A DNA stretch of 64,000 nt from Candidatus Heimdallarchaeota archaeon (GTDB lineage: Archaea; Asgardarchaeota; Heimdallarchaeia; Heimdallarchaeales; Heimdallarchaeaceae), in the NCBI GenBank assembly GCA_019057815.1, contig JAHLWR010000008.1, positions 32,001-96,000 of the forward strand, in the 5' to 3' direction. The position numbers and the translations under genes are program-made. Numbering within the stretch: position 1 is the stretch's first letter; each line of letters starts with the position of its first letter. Below the pieces are notes generated by a model. That model was given only the letters and a program-made list of their open reading frames with translations. It was not told the DNA's origin and did no database searches. Shown in pieces: positions 39,985 through 50,244 of this stretch.

Positions 39985-42080
39985 TTGCTGGAAATGTCAA
40001 GTTTTTTGTCAATTAATGTAAAAATTTGGGCTGTTATTGGAGGAGTAGTTATTGTTGGAGGAAGTCTTACGGGTTTTCTCGTCTGGTATTATGTCGGTGG
40101 TGGTCCTGGTACTCCACCTGGACCTGTCGAGGAGGTTTACCAAGAAGCACCAATGCTTGAGGAACTTGTTGAAGCAGGATTACTTCCACCTGTTGAAGAA
40201 AGACTTCCTGTTAATCCGATGGTTGTTCAACCGCATGATGAAGTAGGAATCTATAATGGAACATGGCGGATGGGATTGGTTGGGGTTGAATCTGGCACCT
40301 TACGAACCACTACTCAATATGAAAACCTACTACGATGGGATCCTGAATGGTCCAGAATTCTACCGAATATAGCTCAGTCTTATGATGTTAGTGAAGATTC
40401 CCGCGAATTTACTTTTCATTTACGTCGAGGGTTAAGATGGTCAGATGGTGTTCCTTTCACTGCAGATGATATTGTTTTCTGGTATGAAGCAGATTTTCTA
40501 AATACAGAACTCCATTCTTCCTATTCATCTAAATATACTCAAAATGGTGTTCCAGTAATTGTTGAAAAAGCCGATAATTACACGGTAATTTTGAGATTCT
40601 CTGAACCATATGGTCTATTTCCATTCTTTCTTGCGGAAATGGTAGGAGATTGGATTACAAACAGACCGATGCATTATATGAAGCAGTTTCATAAAGATTA
40701 CAATCCAGAAATTGAGGAGTTGATTGAAGAAGCTGGAGTCGAAAACTGGGTTAAATTGTGGAAATCGAAGGCTAGTGAATGGAACAATCCAGACATGCCA
40801 ACTGTGAATCCTTGGATATTAACAGATCACTATAATGTGAACTCAACTCATGTTTGTTGGAACGAAATCCGTATTATTGGAAGATAGATACAGAATATAA
40901 TCAACTACCATACATTGATAGAGTTAATTTTACTATATACTCAACAAATGAGGAATTAAAACTTGCAGCACTTGCTGGTCAAATTGACATGCAACACGAA
41001 CTTTCTATTATTCCTTATTATGATGAGTACGTAGCAAACATGGAAGAAGGAGAGTACGATCTTCACACATTGATTAACACAAATTCCAATGATTTAGCTA
41101 TTCATCTTAATATTGTGCATGAAAATCCAATTCTGAGAGCTGTTTTCTCGAACAAAACATTCCGTATAGCTCTATCTCACGCAATTAATCGAACAGAGAT
41201 TATTGAGCAAGTGTATGGTTTAGATCTAGAACCTATTCAACCAGCTCCACGAAGAGAATCACCATATTATAGGGATCTCTTGGCTACTCAATACACAGAG
41301 TTCAATCTCACATATGCAAATGAGCTCTTGGACGCAGCAGGATATAACGAGAGAGATACGGAGGGATATCGTCTCACCCCAGAGGGACATCGTATCAATT
41401 TTACAATAACAGTGACTTCCCACTGGGATTACGACCCATTGAACGGGTCTCTAATGTTATCAGAATATTGGGATGAGCTGGGGCTCATAGTAAATGTAGA
41501 AGATTTGAGTCGCAGTGAAAGAGATTCTAAAATCATTGGTTTGAACCAACATGATGTGACTGTACATGGTACTAAGGGAGGATATTATGTAGTAAGGGAA
41601 GCAGGCCCATACATACCATTTGACAAATACAATTCATTCTTTGCTATACCGTGGGCTTATTGGTATATGAATAGCAGTGACAGTAGAGCAGAAGAACCAT
41701 CCTCTGCAGCACAAGAACAAATGCTTCTTTATAACCAAATTTTAGCTAGCAATAATGTCGAAAAAATAGTTGCTCTGATGAATCAAATATTTGTAATCGC
41801 AGAGGAGGAGTTCTATATAATGGGTATCTGCACTCCCCCAGATCTCTATTTCATAAAAAAAACAAACTTCCTCAACGTCCCACTAGTAATCCCGAGATCT
41901 TGGTCCTATGCTACACCAGGACCTACTAATCCTTGTCAGTACTATATAGAACAACAGAATGAATCACAAGAGATACCGAAAGCGATTGTAAATAATAAAC
42001 AACTAAACGATAATGTGCACCAAAATTCAAAAAATCCACAAGATTACTTAATATGTTCTGTAGTTAGGAGATTTAGATAA
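39985..42080 (+). pseudogene. Solute-binding protein family 5 (canonical order), split by a single frameshift near 40853
   Basis: ORFs 39985..40887 and 40854..42080 join as ...THV/LERNPYYWKID; LPPVEERLP, WSDGVPFTADD, FRIALSHAINR. May be a sequencing error. Confidence 0.8.
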
Positions 42081-42160
42081 ATTAAATTAAAAGGAATACT
42101 CCTTTTGAATCATGAAAGAGGGAAGTCTTTTTATTTAATTTGTCTGTAACTATAAAAAGG

Positions 42161-43126
42161 ATGACTCAAATGAAACAATTCTTTAAGAGTTTGACATTTA
42201 AAATTGGTGTACTTATAATCATCGCTGAAATCATTGTTTTGGGAGTAGTGGGGGTAGTTTATATCAATCGATTTTCTAATGAAGTAGATAGAAGAAGTAT
42301 AGAACGACTTCAATTACCAGGAAAATTGATGAGAGCAGGATTATTAGATTATGATGCTGTAGGTGATGAAAATATGATGAGGGAACTTGTTGGGGAAAAT
42401 CTTGTTAATGGAATGGTTGTTGGTATAAATCATATTATCTATTATTCATTGAATTCTAGTCTTTTAGGTTATAGTATATCTGATTTGGACTTTATAAATC
42501 TAAATTGGTTTAATGTTGATATTTCTTATGATCAAATTATTGAAGAAGGTGGGCATTTGATTAGTGTCTCAAGAGTATATTATCCTGATGGTTATACACC
42601 TCAATGGTTTGTTTACATGGAAATTGAAACTCATGAAAGTGTAGTAGAGAAAAGAAACATTTCGATTCTTTTTATTTTAGGCTCTTTAATAGCCTTAATT
42701 CTTACTTCCATTATTATTATTCTTTCATTTAGATTTACAGTGCTAAAAAGAATGAAGAATTTACTTGGTGTTTTAAGAGATGTTCAAGATGGAGATTTAA
42801 AAGCTAGAGTAGGGGAACCAATTTCAGAAGATGAGATAGGTGTTCTACAGAAGGGTGTCAATTCAATGACAGAAGAGCTTCAAATGAGTCAGATGAAAAT
42901 CAAACAATCTCTTGAACAGATTCAAAGAAATATTGAGCAGTTTGGATTCTTGATAGATTCTATACGTAATCCTTTAGCAGTTATGTTGGGTTATTTAGAA
43001 CTAGATTCTCTCGATAGTACAGAACCTTTAATTAAACAGTTAAAAGAGGTTGAAAAGATTCTCAAGCAAATTGATCAAGAATGGATAATCTCTGAAACAA
43101 TAAGAGAATTTCTCAGAAAATACTAG
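42161..43126 (+). CDS. Membrane sensor with HAMP and degenerate HisKA-like C-terminus, no HATPase domain
   Basis: Two TMs; HAMP (DEIGVLQKGVNSM); DSIRNPL in place of the usual H-box; protein ends shortly after. Confidence 0.75.
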   Translation: MTQMKQFFKSLTFKIGVLIIIAEIIVLGVVGVVYINRFSNEVDRRSIERLQLPGKLMRAGLLDYDAVGDENMMRELVGENLVNGMVVGINHIIYYSLNSSLLGYSISDLDFINLNWFNVDISYDQIIEEGGHLISVSRVYYPDGYTPQWFVYMEIETHESVVEKRNISILFILGSLIALILTSIIIILSFRFTVLKRMKNLLGVLRDVQDGDLKARVGEPISEDEIGVLQKGVNSMTEELQMSQMKIKQSLEQIQRNIEQFGFLIDSIRNPLAVMLGYLELDSLDSTEPLIKQLKEVEKILKQIDQEWIISETIREFLRKY

Positions 43127-43223
43127 CTATTGAATTATACATGCGAATATCTTTACTTGAAATTTTTACGCAAAGTATTTTAGTAAGGAAGTGGATTGTT
43201 CTTCTAGCTTTGTAGTGATGTAA

Positions 43224-43589
43224 ATGAAGATTTTGATTGTTGATGATAATGAAGATATAAGATTGATTCTAGGATTAATGCTTAAGGAACAACTGGATTT
43301 AGTATTACTTGAAGCAGGTAATGGTTGTGAAGCAGTCAAGATGTTTATCAAAGAACTTCCTAATCTGGTGATAATGGATATTGTTATGCCAAGAAAGGAT
43401 GGTATTGAAGCAACGAAAATTATTTTGGATAAATTTCCAGATGCAAAAATTATTGGTCATACAGCTTATGCCTCTATTAAAGGTGAAGAGATGTTACGAG
43501 AGGGTGCACTTGAAATTATGTCAAAACCAATAATGAAAAGGGATCTACTACATACGATTTCAAAATATTGTAATGAAGCTGTAACATAA
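43224..43589 (+). CDS. Stand-alone response regulator receiver
   Basis: IVDD, MDIVMPRKDG, HTA, SKP. Confidence 0.93.
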   Translation: MKILIVDDNEDIRLILGLMLKEQLDLVLLEAGNGCEAVKMFIKELPNLVIMDIVMPRKDGIEATKIILDKFPDAKIIGHTAYASIKGEEMLREGALEIMSKPIMKRDLLHTISKYCNEAVT

Positions 43590-43806
43590 TTTAGTGCGAT
43601 CTGTGAAAAGTTTTAGTTTTCTAAAATCTCTGAAAGTTAGGTAGAGATTGTTTCAATTTATCATTCATTATTTCTGGTTTGAAATTTGGTTTAATTACTC
43701 TACAATCTAACTCATTTAACTATATATTTTCAATTATATCAGCGATTGTTTTTTGTCCATTTAGTAAGCTTAAAAAGAAGTGAAAATATTAGCATCACGA
43801 TTATAA

Positions 43807-45000
43807 ATGGTGAAAATAACTAGATTATTTGGAACTCCTTGGTGTTCTGATTGTAAGCTATCAAAATCCTTTCTATCTGAAAATCTTATAGATTACAAGT
43901 ATATAGATATAGTAGATGATGAAGAAGCAGCGAAATTTGTTGAAGGGATAAATGACGGTAAGAGAAAAGTTCCAACGATTGAATTTTCTGATGGAACCTA
44001 TCTAACAGAACCTTCGAATGTTGAGCTTGCAGAGAAACTAGGATTAGTTTCAAAACCCACTAAATCTTCTTATGATGTTCTTATTATAGGGAGTGGTCCT
44101 GCTGGATTGACAAGTGCTATCTATACAGCTCGAGAAGGATATGATACAATTGTTGTCGAAAAGAGTGCATTAGGGGGAAGGATGAATTTTACTGAAAAAA
44201 TAGATAACTATCCAGGTTTTCCAGTAGGTATTAAAGGTGAGAATCTCGCTTCGAATTTTACTAAACAAGCTGAAAGGTTTGGAGTTGAAATAATAAAAGC
44301 TACGCTTGCTACTGAAATTGAGAAAAAAAATCATTATTTTGAGGTAAAAACTTCTCATGGGGGTGTTATTCAAGCAAAAACAGTTATTATAGCCACAGGA
44401 AGTGACTATCGAACTCTTGGTGTCGAAGGTGAAAAGGATTTGATAGGTTATAAGATCCATTTTTGTGCAGTTTGTGATGGACCTTTCTATAAAGACAAGA
44501 AAGTTCTGGTAATTGGAGGTGGAAATTCTGCTCTTGAAGAGTCTCTTTTCTTAGCTCGTTTTGCTTCTGAAGTAGTCGTTACTGAAATCATGGATCAATT
44601 AACAGCTTCAAAGGTTATTCAAGATCAAATCTCTGCTGAACCCAATATTAAAACTCTTACTAGCTATAAAATTAAAGAATTCATTGTTGGAGAGAAAAAG
44701 AAACTAGAAGGTGTAAGGTTTATTGACCTAACTAATGAAGAAGAAGTTGTGCTCAAACCTGATGGAGTTTTTATATTTGTTGGACTAAAACCTAATGTTA
44801 CAATTGTCGAAAAGATTGTCAATTTAGATGAAAGGGGATTTATCAAAACTGATGATAAAATGATGACAAGCCTTCCTGGTTTATTTGCAATTGGTGATTG
44901 CCGAAGTGAATCCACATGGCAGGTTGCTTCAGCTGTTGGTGAAGGAGCGATAGTAGCCTTAAGGATTAGGAATTATCTAAGAAGTTTGCAATCAAATTAA
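43807..45000 (+). CDS. trxB: Glutaredoxin-like domain fused to thioredoxin-disulfide reductase
   Basis: N-terminal WCSDC and VPTI; GSGPAG, CAVCDG, GGGNSA, AIGD. Confidence 0.92.
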   Translation: MVKITRLFGTPWCSDCKLSKSFLSENLIDYKYIDIVDDEEAAKFVEGINDGKRKVPTIEFSDGTYLTEPSNVELAEKLGLVSKPTKSSYDVLIIGSGPAGLTSAIYTAREGYDTIVVEKSALGGRMNFTEKIDNYPGFPVGIKGENLASNFTKQAERFGVEIIKATLATEIEKKNHYFEVKTSHGGVIQAKTVIIATGSDYRTLGVEGEKDLIGYKIHFCAVCDGPFYKDKKVLVIGGGNSALEESLFLARFASEVVVTEIMDQLTASKVIQDQISAEPNIKTLTSYKIKEFIVGEKKKLEGVRFIDLTNEEEVVLKPDGVFIFVGLKPNVTIVEKIVNLDERGFIKTDDKMMTSLPGLFAIGDCRSESTWQVASAVGEGAIVALRIRNYLRSLQSN

Positions 45001-45015
45001 TTCTATTTTTTTCTC

Positions 45016-45504
45016 TTACAGCATTTTAATGTTTTCAAGTAGTACTTCTAAATCATCTTCATGTTCAATTTCATCTTCTAGAATTTCTAGAACCATGTTA
45101 TATGTTATTATATCTTTCCCAGATGTTAAATCTACAAGTTTTTGGTATGTAGTAATTGCGCATTGCTCTCCCTTAATATTTTGTTCTAGAATTTTCATCA
45201 CTAAGAAATCCTCCGGTGCTTCATATCCACAATTGGTTTCCTTGTACCAGTCTTCAGGTTTCAACAATGGAGTTCCGCCTAGTTTGACAATTCGATTAAC
45301 TAGCATTCCAGCATGACGAAATTCATCACCAGCGTGTTCCATCAATTCTACTATTACTGCACTGCTCATAGGTCCTTCGATAACTTGTGCTCCTATCCAG
45401 TATTGATAATAAGCTAACCATTCATCCGCTAAAGCTTTGTTGAGCAACTTTATCAATTCATTTATATCCAAATCTTTGATTATTTTTCTTCCATATGTTC
45501 CCAT
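45016..45504 (-). CDS. Dps-like/bacterioferritin-related ferritin-family protein
   Basis: LNKALADEWLAYYQY, DEFRHA, GEQCAI, DEIEHE. Confidence 0.9.
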   Translation of the reverse strand: MGTYGRKIIKDLDINELIKLLNKALADEWLAYYQYWIGAQVIEGPMSSAVIVELMEHAGDEFRHAGMLVNRIVKLGGTPLLKPEDWYKETNCGYEAPEDFLVMKILEQNIKGEQCAITTYQKLVDLTSGKDIITYNMVLEILEDEIEHEDDLEVLLENIKML

Positions 45505-45571
45505 TATAAATACACCATACAAAACTCTACCTTAGATTATTAAATTTTACTATAAAAAAAAGGAATTGTTA

Positions 45572-45668
45572 TGTCAACCCACATAGGTAACAGTTAAGAA
45601 GGTGGGGACACTGGGGCATGTAATTACAATGAACCGCGTCCGTGATCCCGAGCTTATAGGAAGCTTTC
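45572..45668. ncRNA. Candidate structured RNA or leader upstream of the Dps-like gene
   Basis: GC-rich patch in an AT-rich intergenic region; stems GTC..CCCAC/GTGGG.GAC and palindrome TGTAATTACA; minus-strand T-run at 45554-45561. Confidence 0.3.
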
Positions 45669-45904
45669 GATTATAAAGATAAAGAAATATTTAGTTTCAA
45701 AAAAGTACTAATCAGATTATTACCTCCTTTAAATATCACAAGTGATGTATTACTTTTCTTACACAACAAATTTCCCAAGTGCTTAAATCTATTTAAAGTA
45801 TTAAGACATTCATCAAACACCTTAAAAGTTAACTTTCTTTTCTCTATAATTTTTCAGTAATTACAAAACAAGGTTTATTTAGTAAAAACTCTAGTAATTC
45901 CATA

Positions 45905-46090
45905 ATGGTAAGTTCTCTCAAAGTTAACAAAGAAAGAATAAAACAAAGAAGGCGAGAAGTAATGGAAGCTGCGTACCGAGCACGTAATTTCACATCAGAG
46001 CAGCTGACCAAGGAAGCAGCAGACTTCATTGAATTCTGTTTATCTTTGGAGAAAATAAGAAAGAAGAGAGAAAAGGAAAGAAACAAATGA
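45905..46090 (+). CDS. Small basic protein coupled to a nucleotidyltransferase (putative antitoxin partner)
   Basis: 61 aa; ATGA overlap with the next gene. Confidence 0.55.
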   Translation: MVSSLKVNKERIKQRRREVMEAAYRARNFTSEQLTKEAADFIEFCLSLEKIRKKREKERNK

Positions 46091-46656
46091 CCAATCCAAT
46101 TTCAAATAGTCTGATGTATCTTGCACAATATTTCAAAGAACATTCTATTCCTTATGTTATTGTTGGTGGAGTAGCTGTGATGATTACAGGACGAACTAGA
46201 ATGACTCAAGATATTGATATTATTCTAGACCATACTATAATTAATAGAGGGAATTTTCTTGCCTTTTTACAAAAAAATGGTTTTGATGCAACATTGTCAG
46301 ACTTTGAGGGTTTTGATGAAAAATCTCACTGTACCATATTCTTCAAGGAAGGGATGTTCAGAATTGATATTAAAGGGATTTATTCAGAATTAGATCAAGA
46401 AAGTATTGATATGGCAATAGATGAAATATTCAATGGTGTTCACTTAAAAATCAATCATCCACTTAATACAGTAGCATTTAAATTAAAATTTGGATCTGAA
46501 CAAGATTACGAAGATGCTTTAGCTGTATATATAAAAAATCTGGAAATAATCAATAGAGAAGAATTAGTGAAAAAAGCCAGTAAAATGATGATAAAGAATG
46601 AACTAAAAGTGTTCTTAAAGGAAGTTGATGAATTCTTAAAAGAAAAGATGGAATAA
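46087..46656 (+). CDS. Nucleotidyltransferase (pol beta superfamily, AbiEii/DUF6036-like)
   Basis: IVGGVAV...RMTQDIDI, RID, KL...QDYED. Confidence 0.8.
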   Translation: MTNPISNSLMYLAQYFKEHSIPYVIVGGVAVMITGRTRMTQDIDIILDHTIINRGNFLAFLQKNGFDATLSDFEGFDEKSHCTIFFKEGMFRIDIKGIYSELDQESIDMAIDEIFNGVHLKINHPLNTVAFKLKFGSEQDYEDALAVYIKNLEIINREELVKKASKMMIKNELKVFLKEVDEFLKEKME

Positions 46657-46918
46657 AATAGCACAAGAATATTTTTTATATTGGAATAGAAGTTTTTCTC
46701 ATATGAATGCTAAAGTTAAGGAAGAAATGGACAAAATGGTGGGATGAAAATAAAATGATATTCAATCTCACAAACAACTAAGACTTTGAAAAATCTTCAG
46801 ACAGAATTTTTTCAATTATGTAACTCGCCTTGTTGCGCAAGAATCAGCGTTTCATCATTTAAGGTCAATTCTATACCAATAATTTCAAAACCTAGGGGTT
46901 TGTTTCAAATGGAAAAAA

Positions 46919-47329
46919 TTAAGTGCATAATTCTAAATCTAAACTATCATCTGTTATGACTTCTCTAATCATTTTGTCAAGATTTCTAAGTTCTAATGGT
47001 TTCATAATATATTTTGATACCCCTAACTCTGATGCTTGATTTTGAAGATTTGACGTAGCTGTAATCAGTAGAATCTTTGTTTTCTGATTATAATTTAGTT
47101 CTTGTAAATCCTCAAGTAATTCTAAACCTGTTTTGTTGGGCATATTATGATCTAATATTATAATATCTGGAGGATTAGCGCTATAATTACAGAATAAGTC
47201 GATTAGAGCCTCTTCTCCATCATATGAATTTCCTACAATTTCATGACCCATTTTCGACAAATATAGTGTATATAAAACATGCAAATCCTTGTCATCTTCA
47301 ACAATATACACTCTTGCCATTATAATCAC
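46919..47329 (-). CDS. Response regulator receiver
   Basis: VEDD, LDHNMPNKTG, ITA, MKP. Confidence 0.9.
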   Translation of the reverse strand: MIIMARVYIVEDDKDLHVLYTLYLSKMGHEIVGNSYDGEEALIDLFCNYSANPPDIIILDHNMPNKTGLELLEDLQELNYNQKTKILLITATSNLQNQASELGVSKYIMKPLELRNLDKMIREVITDDSLDLELCT

Positions 47330-48558
47330 TCTATTCTATTTGATACGCTTCTTAATTGATTTTTTGATACTTTATCATCAATATCTTGAATGACTTTGTC
47401 ATACATCCAATCCCCATCGTCACGCCACTTTTGTTTATCTATGTTATAATTATGAACGTAAAACCTGTATTTTACAGCGTTATAACCAAAACTATCTAAA
47501 AGATAGGTTGAGAAATTCTCATATGATAACTTCATTAAATAAGCAAATTGTGTTTGATAATATGGTGGTAATGATATAGAGAGGTACAAATCCTTACCAA
47601 AATCTTCTAGATATACACTAAATGGTGGTCTTTCATTTCGAAGTAAATTAAAAATATCTGATTTCTCGTTCTTTGATATTCCTGATATAACATATGCAAA
47701 CCTAATGAACATCGAGAAATATTTCCTATTTACATCTAACCAATAATTTTCAACGTGGTTATCGAGTATTGAATGATATTTCTTTTTGAAGTCTATATAA
47801 ATTGCATTTTCTGTTTTTTCTTCTGAAAAATAATCCTTTATATGTGGTTTGAAACCCTTGGGCAGTCTATGAAATGCTTCTTTATCTTTAGATATATCCA
47901 AATAACTTTTGTATCTTTCTAATAATTGGCTCATTGGAGTTCTCATATTTGTTGTTATGTCTCTCAAAATAAGCAACTGAATCGGGTGATATTCTATCGA
48001 AGAAGATAAATTATTTTTCTTTTGAGTATTGCTATCTTTTTCGCTTATTTTCTTTGAAAAGTAACTTTTTAGATCAAATTCATCGATATCCATTATATTA
48101 TTACAATAAGGCTGAGGATAAAAAATTCTATTTCCTTCCGATTTATACACGAAAAATTTATCACAATATTCCTTATTATTCACCATTTCTAGAAAAGATT
48201 TGAAATGATTGTATGATCCTACTGGAATGTCAAATCTCGCATATAATCCATATTCACTACCGAATATTCTATTTCTAGATGATGCATATGGATGAATATC
48301 ACATGATAATTCTAACAAACTAACTTGACTTAAAGAAGAAACAAGGAATATAACAACATATCTTTGTAAAAGCATACTTTCAGGATTCAGGGAGGAATGT
48401 ACTGTGCGGATAATGTTTCGTGATTCTAAATCCTTTACACGTCGAATAAGAGTTTGTGTTGAAACACCAATTTTTTCAGCTAATACACTATAAGATTTTA
48501 ATGGGTAATTCTCCAATAATCGCAATATTTCAATTGAGTCTGTAGAGAAACCTTTCAT
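47326..48558 (-). CDS. Lrp/AsnC-type wHTH transcriptional regulator (long, duplicated-domain type)
   Basis: SYSVLAEKIGVSTQTLIRRVKDLE; second degenerate module at IQLLILRDI; overlaps the receiver gene. Confidence 0.75.
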   Translation of the reverse strand: MKGFSTDSIEILRLLENYPLKSYSVLAEKIGVSTQTLIRRVKDLESRNIIRTVHSSLNPESMLLQRYVVIFLVSSLSQVSLLELSCDIHPYASSRNRIFGSEYGLYARFDIPVGSYNHFKSFLEMVNNKEYCDKFFVYKSEGNRIFYPQPYCNNIMDIDEFDLKSYFSKKISEKDSNTQKKNNLSSSIEYHPIQLLILRDITTNMRTPMSQLLERYKSYLDISKDKEAFHRLPKGFKPHIKDYFSEEKTENAIYIDFKKKYHSILDNHVENYWLDVNRKYFSMFIRFAYVISGISKNEKSDIFNLLRNERPPFSVYLEDFGKDLYLSISLPPYYQTQFAYLMKLSYENFSTYLLDSFGYNAVKYRFYVHNYNIDKQKWRDDGDWMYDKVIQDIDDKVSKNQLRSVSNRIE

Positions 48559-48607
48559 TTATGTCACTCACGGTTGGTGTATCACTATTTGTACTATTGA
48601 CACGTTT

Positions 48608-49075
48608 TTATGGACCTGGAGATAACCCTCCATCTGGGGGGTAGTCTGGATCTCCACCAGGAGGATCAAAAGGTTTTATACTAATTAGGAAAGCACTTTG
48701 ATCTCCATTCACAATCTCAAACCAAACTCTGAAAATATACATCCCACTTTCATAAGCTATATTAATAAAGTAGAATTTGTAAACAATTTCCGTTTCCGTC
48801 CTTATATGGTTATCTCTATAAATAGAGTAGAGTAAATCTCCATGGAATATTACTGAAGCTTCAAGTGTTAAGAAATTAGTTCCTTCCCACATTCTTAGGT
48901 ATACTTCAGCATACACATCATCGAATTTCCCATCACCATCTAAGTCGCAATATCCCACATATTCAATTCTTATTCTGGGATTTAGCGCACTGACATTGAA
49001 AACTTGGAGAAATAAAAACGCTACAAGCAGTACAAATAACCCTTTTAGTACTTTTTTCAGTTTCATATGTACCAA
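48608..49075 (-). CDS. Secreted hypothetical protein with DxDxDG Ca-binding-like motif
   Basis: Signal peptide; DLDGDGKFDD; Pro/Gly-rich tail. Confidence 0.6.
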   Translation of the reverse strand: MVHMKLKKVLKGLFVLLVAFLFLQVFNVSALNPRIRIEYVGYCDLDGDGKFDDVYAEVYLRMWEGTNFLTLEASVIFHGDLLYSIYRDNHIRTETEIVYKFYFINIAYESGMYIFRVWFEIVNGDQSAFLISIKPFDPPGGDPDYPPDGGLSPGP

Positions 49076-49245
49076 GTGACTATTAGTTCCATACGTTATA
49101 TAAACATATAGAAATGTTGGTCATTAAATCTATTTGTTTATAGGATTATGTTGATTTTCATCATAGTGGCTTTAGCTTCACAGTTTTAAAATAGATAAAT
49201 TACAGGACCAAAAGTATATTTATTGAAGACTCAATACTTAAAATA

Positions 49246-50199
49246 CTAACCTAACGATTTTTCATTTTTCCTTTTTCTTCTTTCAATAATATAAATAACG
49301 ATTATTGCTATACCAACTGCTGATATATTGATTACTTCATCTTTTAAAGTATCAACGATTTCACCTGGTTGTAAACCGTATTCAAACAATTCCCAGAGTA
49401 GATGGCCTCCTGCTACTATTACTCCAGATATCCATTTATTCCTTATAAAACTCCATAAAAGCAGTACAATAACTACACTCATCATGAAATGTAAGAATTT
49501 GTCGAATGAATACCAAGATTGTCCATATAGAAATATATCTAGATAGCCACCTGGAAACCAAGGAAATCCTGCTATGGTTTCAAGAGTCATAGTACTGAAA
49601 ATTATACTGTAAAGCAAAGGTGTTGTACAGAATTCATATGCCCTCTCATTTAGTTTTCCACCTTCTTTCATACTTGAGTAGATAACAAAGAATAATCCTG
49701 ATAAAATGAAAGTTACAGAAAATTGAATCTTGTGATAGATGTCTATGTACCAAGTTGGATCCACGAAATAGGGAACAGGATTAGAAAAAAAGAAACTTAC
49801 TATCAGAATAGCTGCTACTGGTATAATGATCATAACAATTCCCCACCATGATTTAGGCATCTTACGTAGATTTCTTCTTTTTCGACCATGATTAATTGAT
49901 AGAGTTAGAAATACAATAAAGAAAAAGAAACCAGCCATTATCCAATGTTTAAAGACATAATAGTGAATTGTCTTCCCTAGAACTATCTTCAAGAGAGAAT
50001 CTGGAATGGATGTATATTCATAGATACTAGATAATCCTTTCAATATTGGTTCAGGTTCTGTAGCGGTTGACATAATAGATAATGTGTCAACAAGAGTTGC
50101 TAGCCATTCTATTATGAAAAAGAAAGCAAGCGTTATTTTCAGTACTAATAAAGCTATTGAGAGGATTCTTTTCCAGTCTATTGGTTCCTTTTCAGTCAT
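49246..50199 (-). CDS. Integral membrane protein (VanZ/DUF2238-like C-terminus)
   Basis: Multiple TMs; DKFLHF...WELFEY...DTLKD. Confidence 0.65.
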   Translation of the reverse strand: MTEKEPIDWKRILSIALLVLKITLAFFFIIEWLATLVDTLSIMSTATEPEPILKGLSSIYEYTSIPDSLLKIVLGKTIHYYVFKHWIMAGFFFFIVFLTLSINHGRKRRNLRKMPKSWWGIVMIIIPVAAILIVSFFFSNPVPYFVDPTWYIDIYHKIQFSVTFILSGLFFVIYSSMKEGGKLNERAYEFCTTPLLYSIIFSTMTLETIAGFPWFPGGYLDIFLYGQSWYSFDKFLHFMMSVVIVLLLWSFIRNKWISGVIVAGGHLLWELFEYGLQPGEIVDTLKDEVINISAVGIAIIVIYIIERRKRKNEKSLG

Positions 50200-50244
50200 T
50201 TCTTAACACTAATCTGTTGTTTGTAAAATTCAAGAATAACGGTG

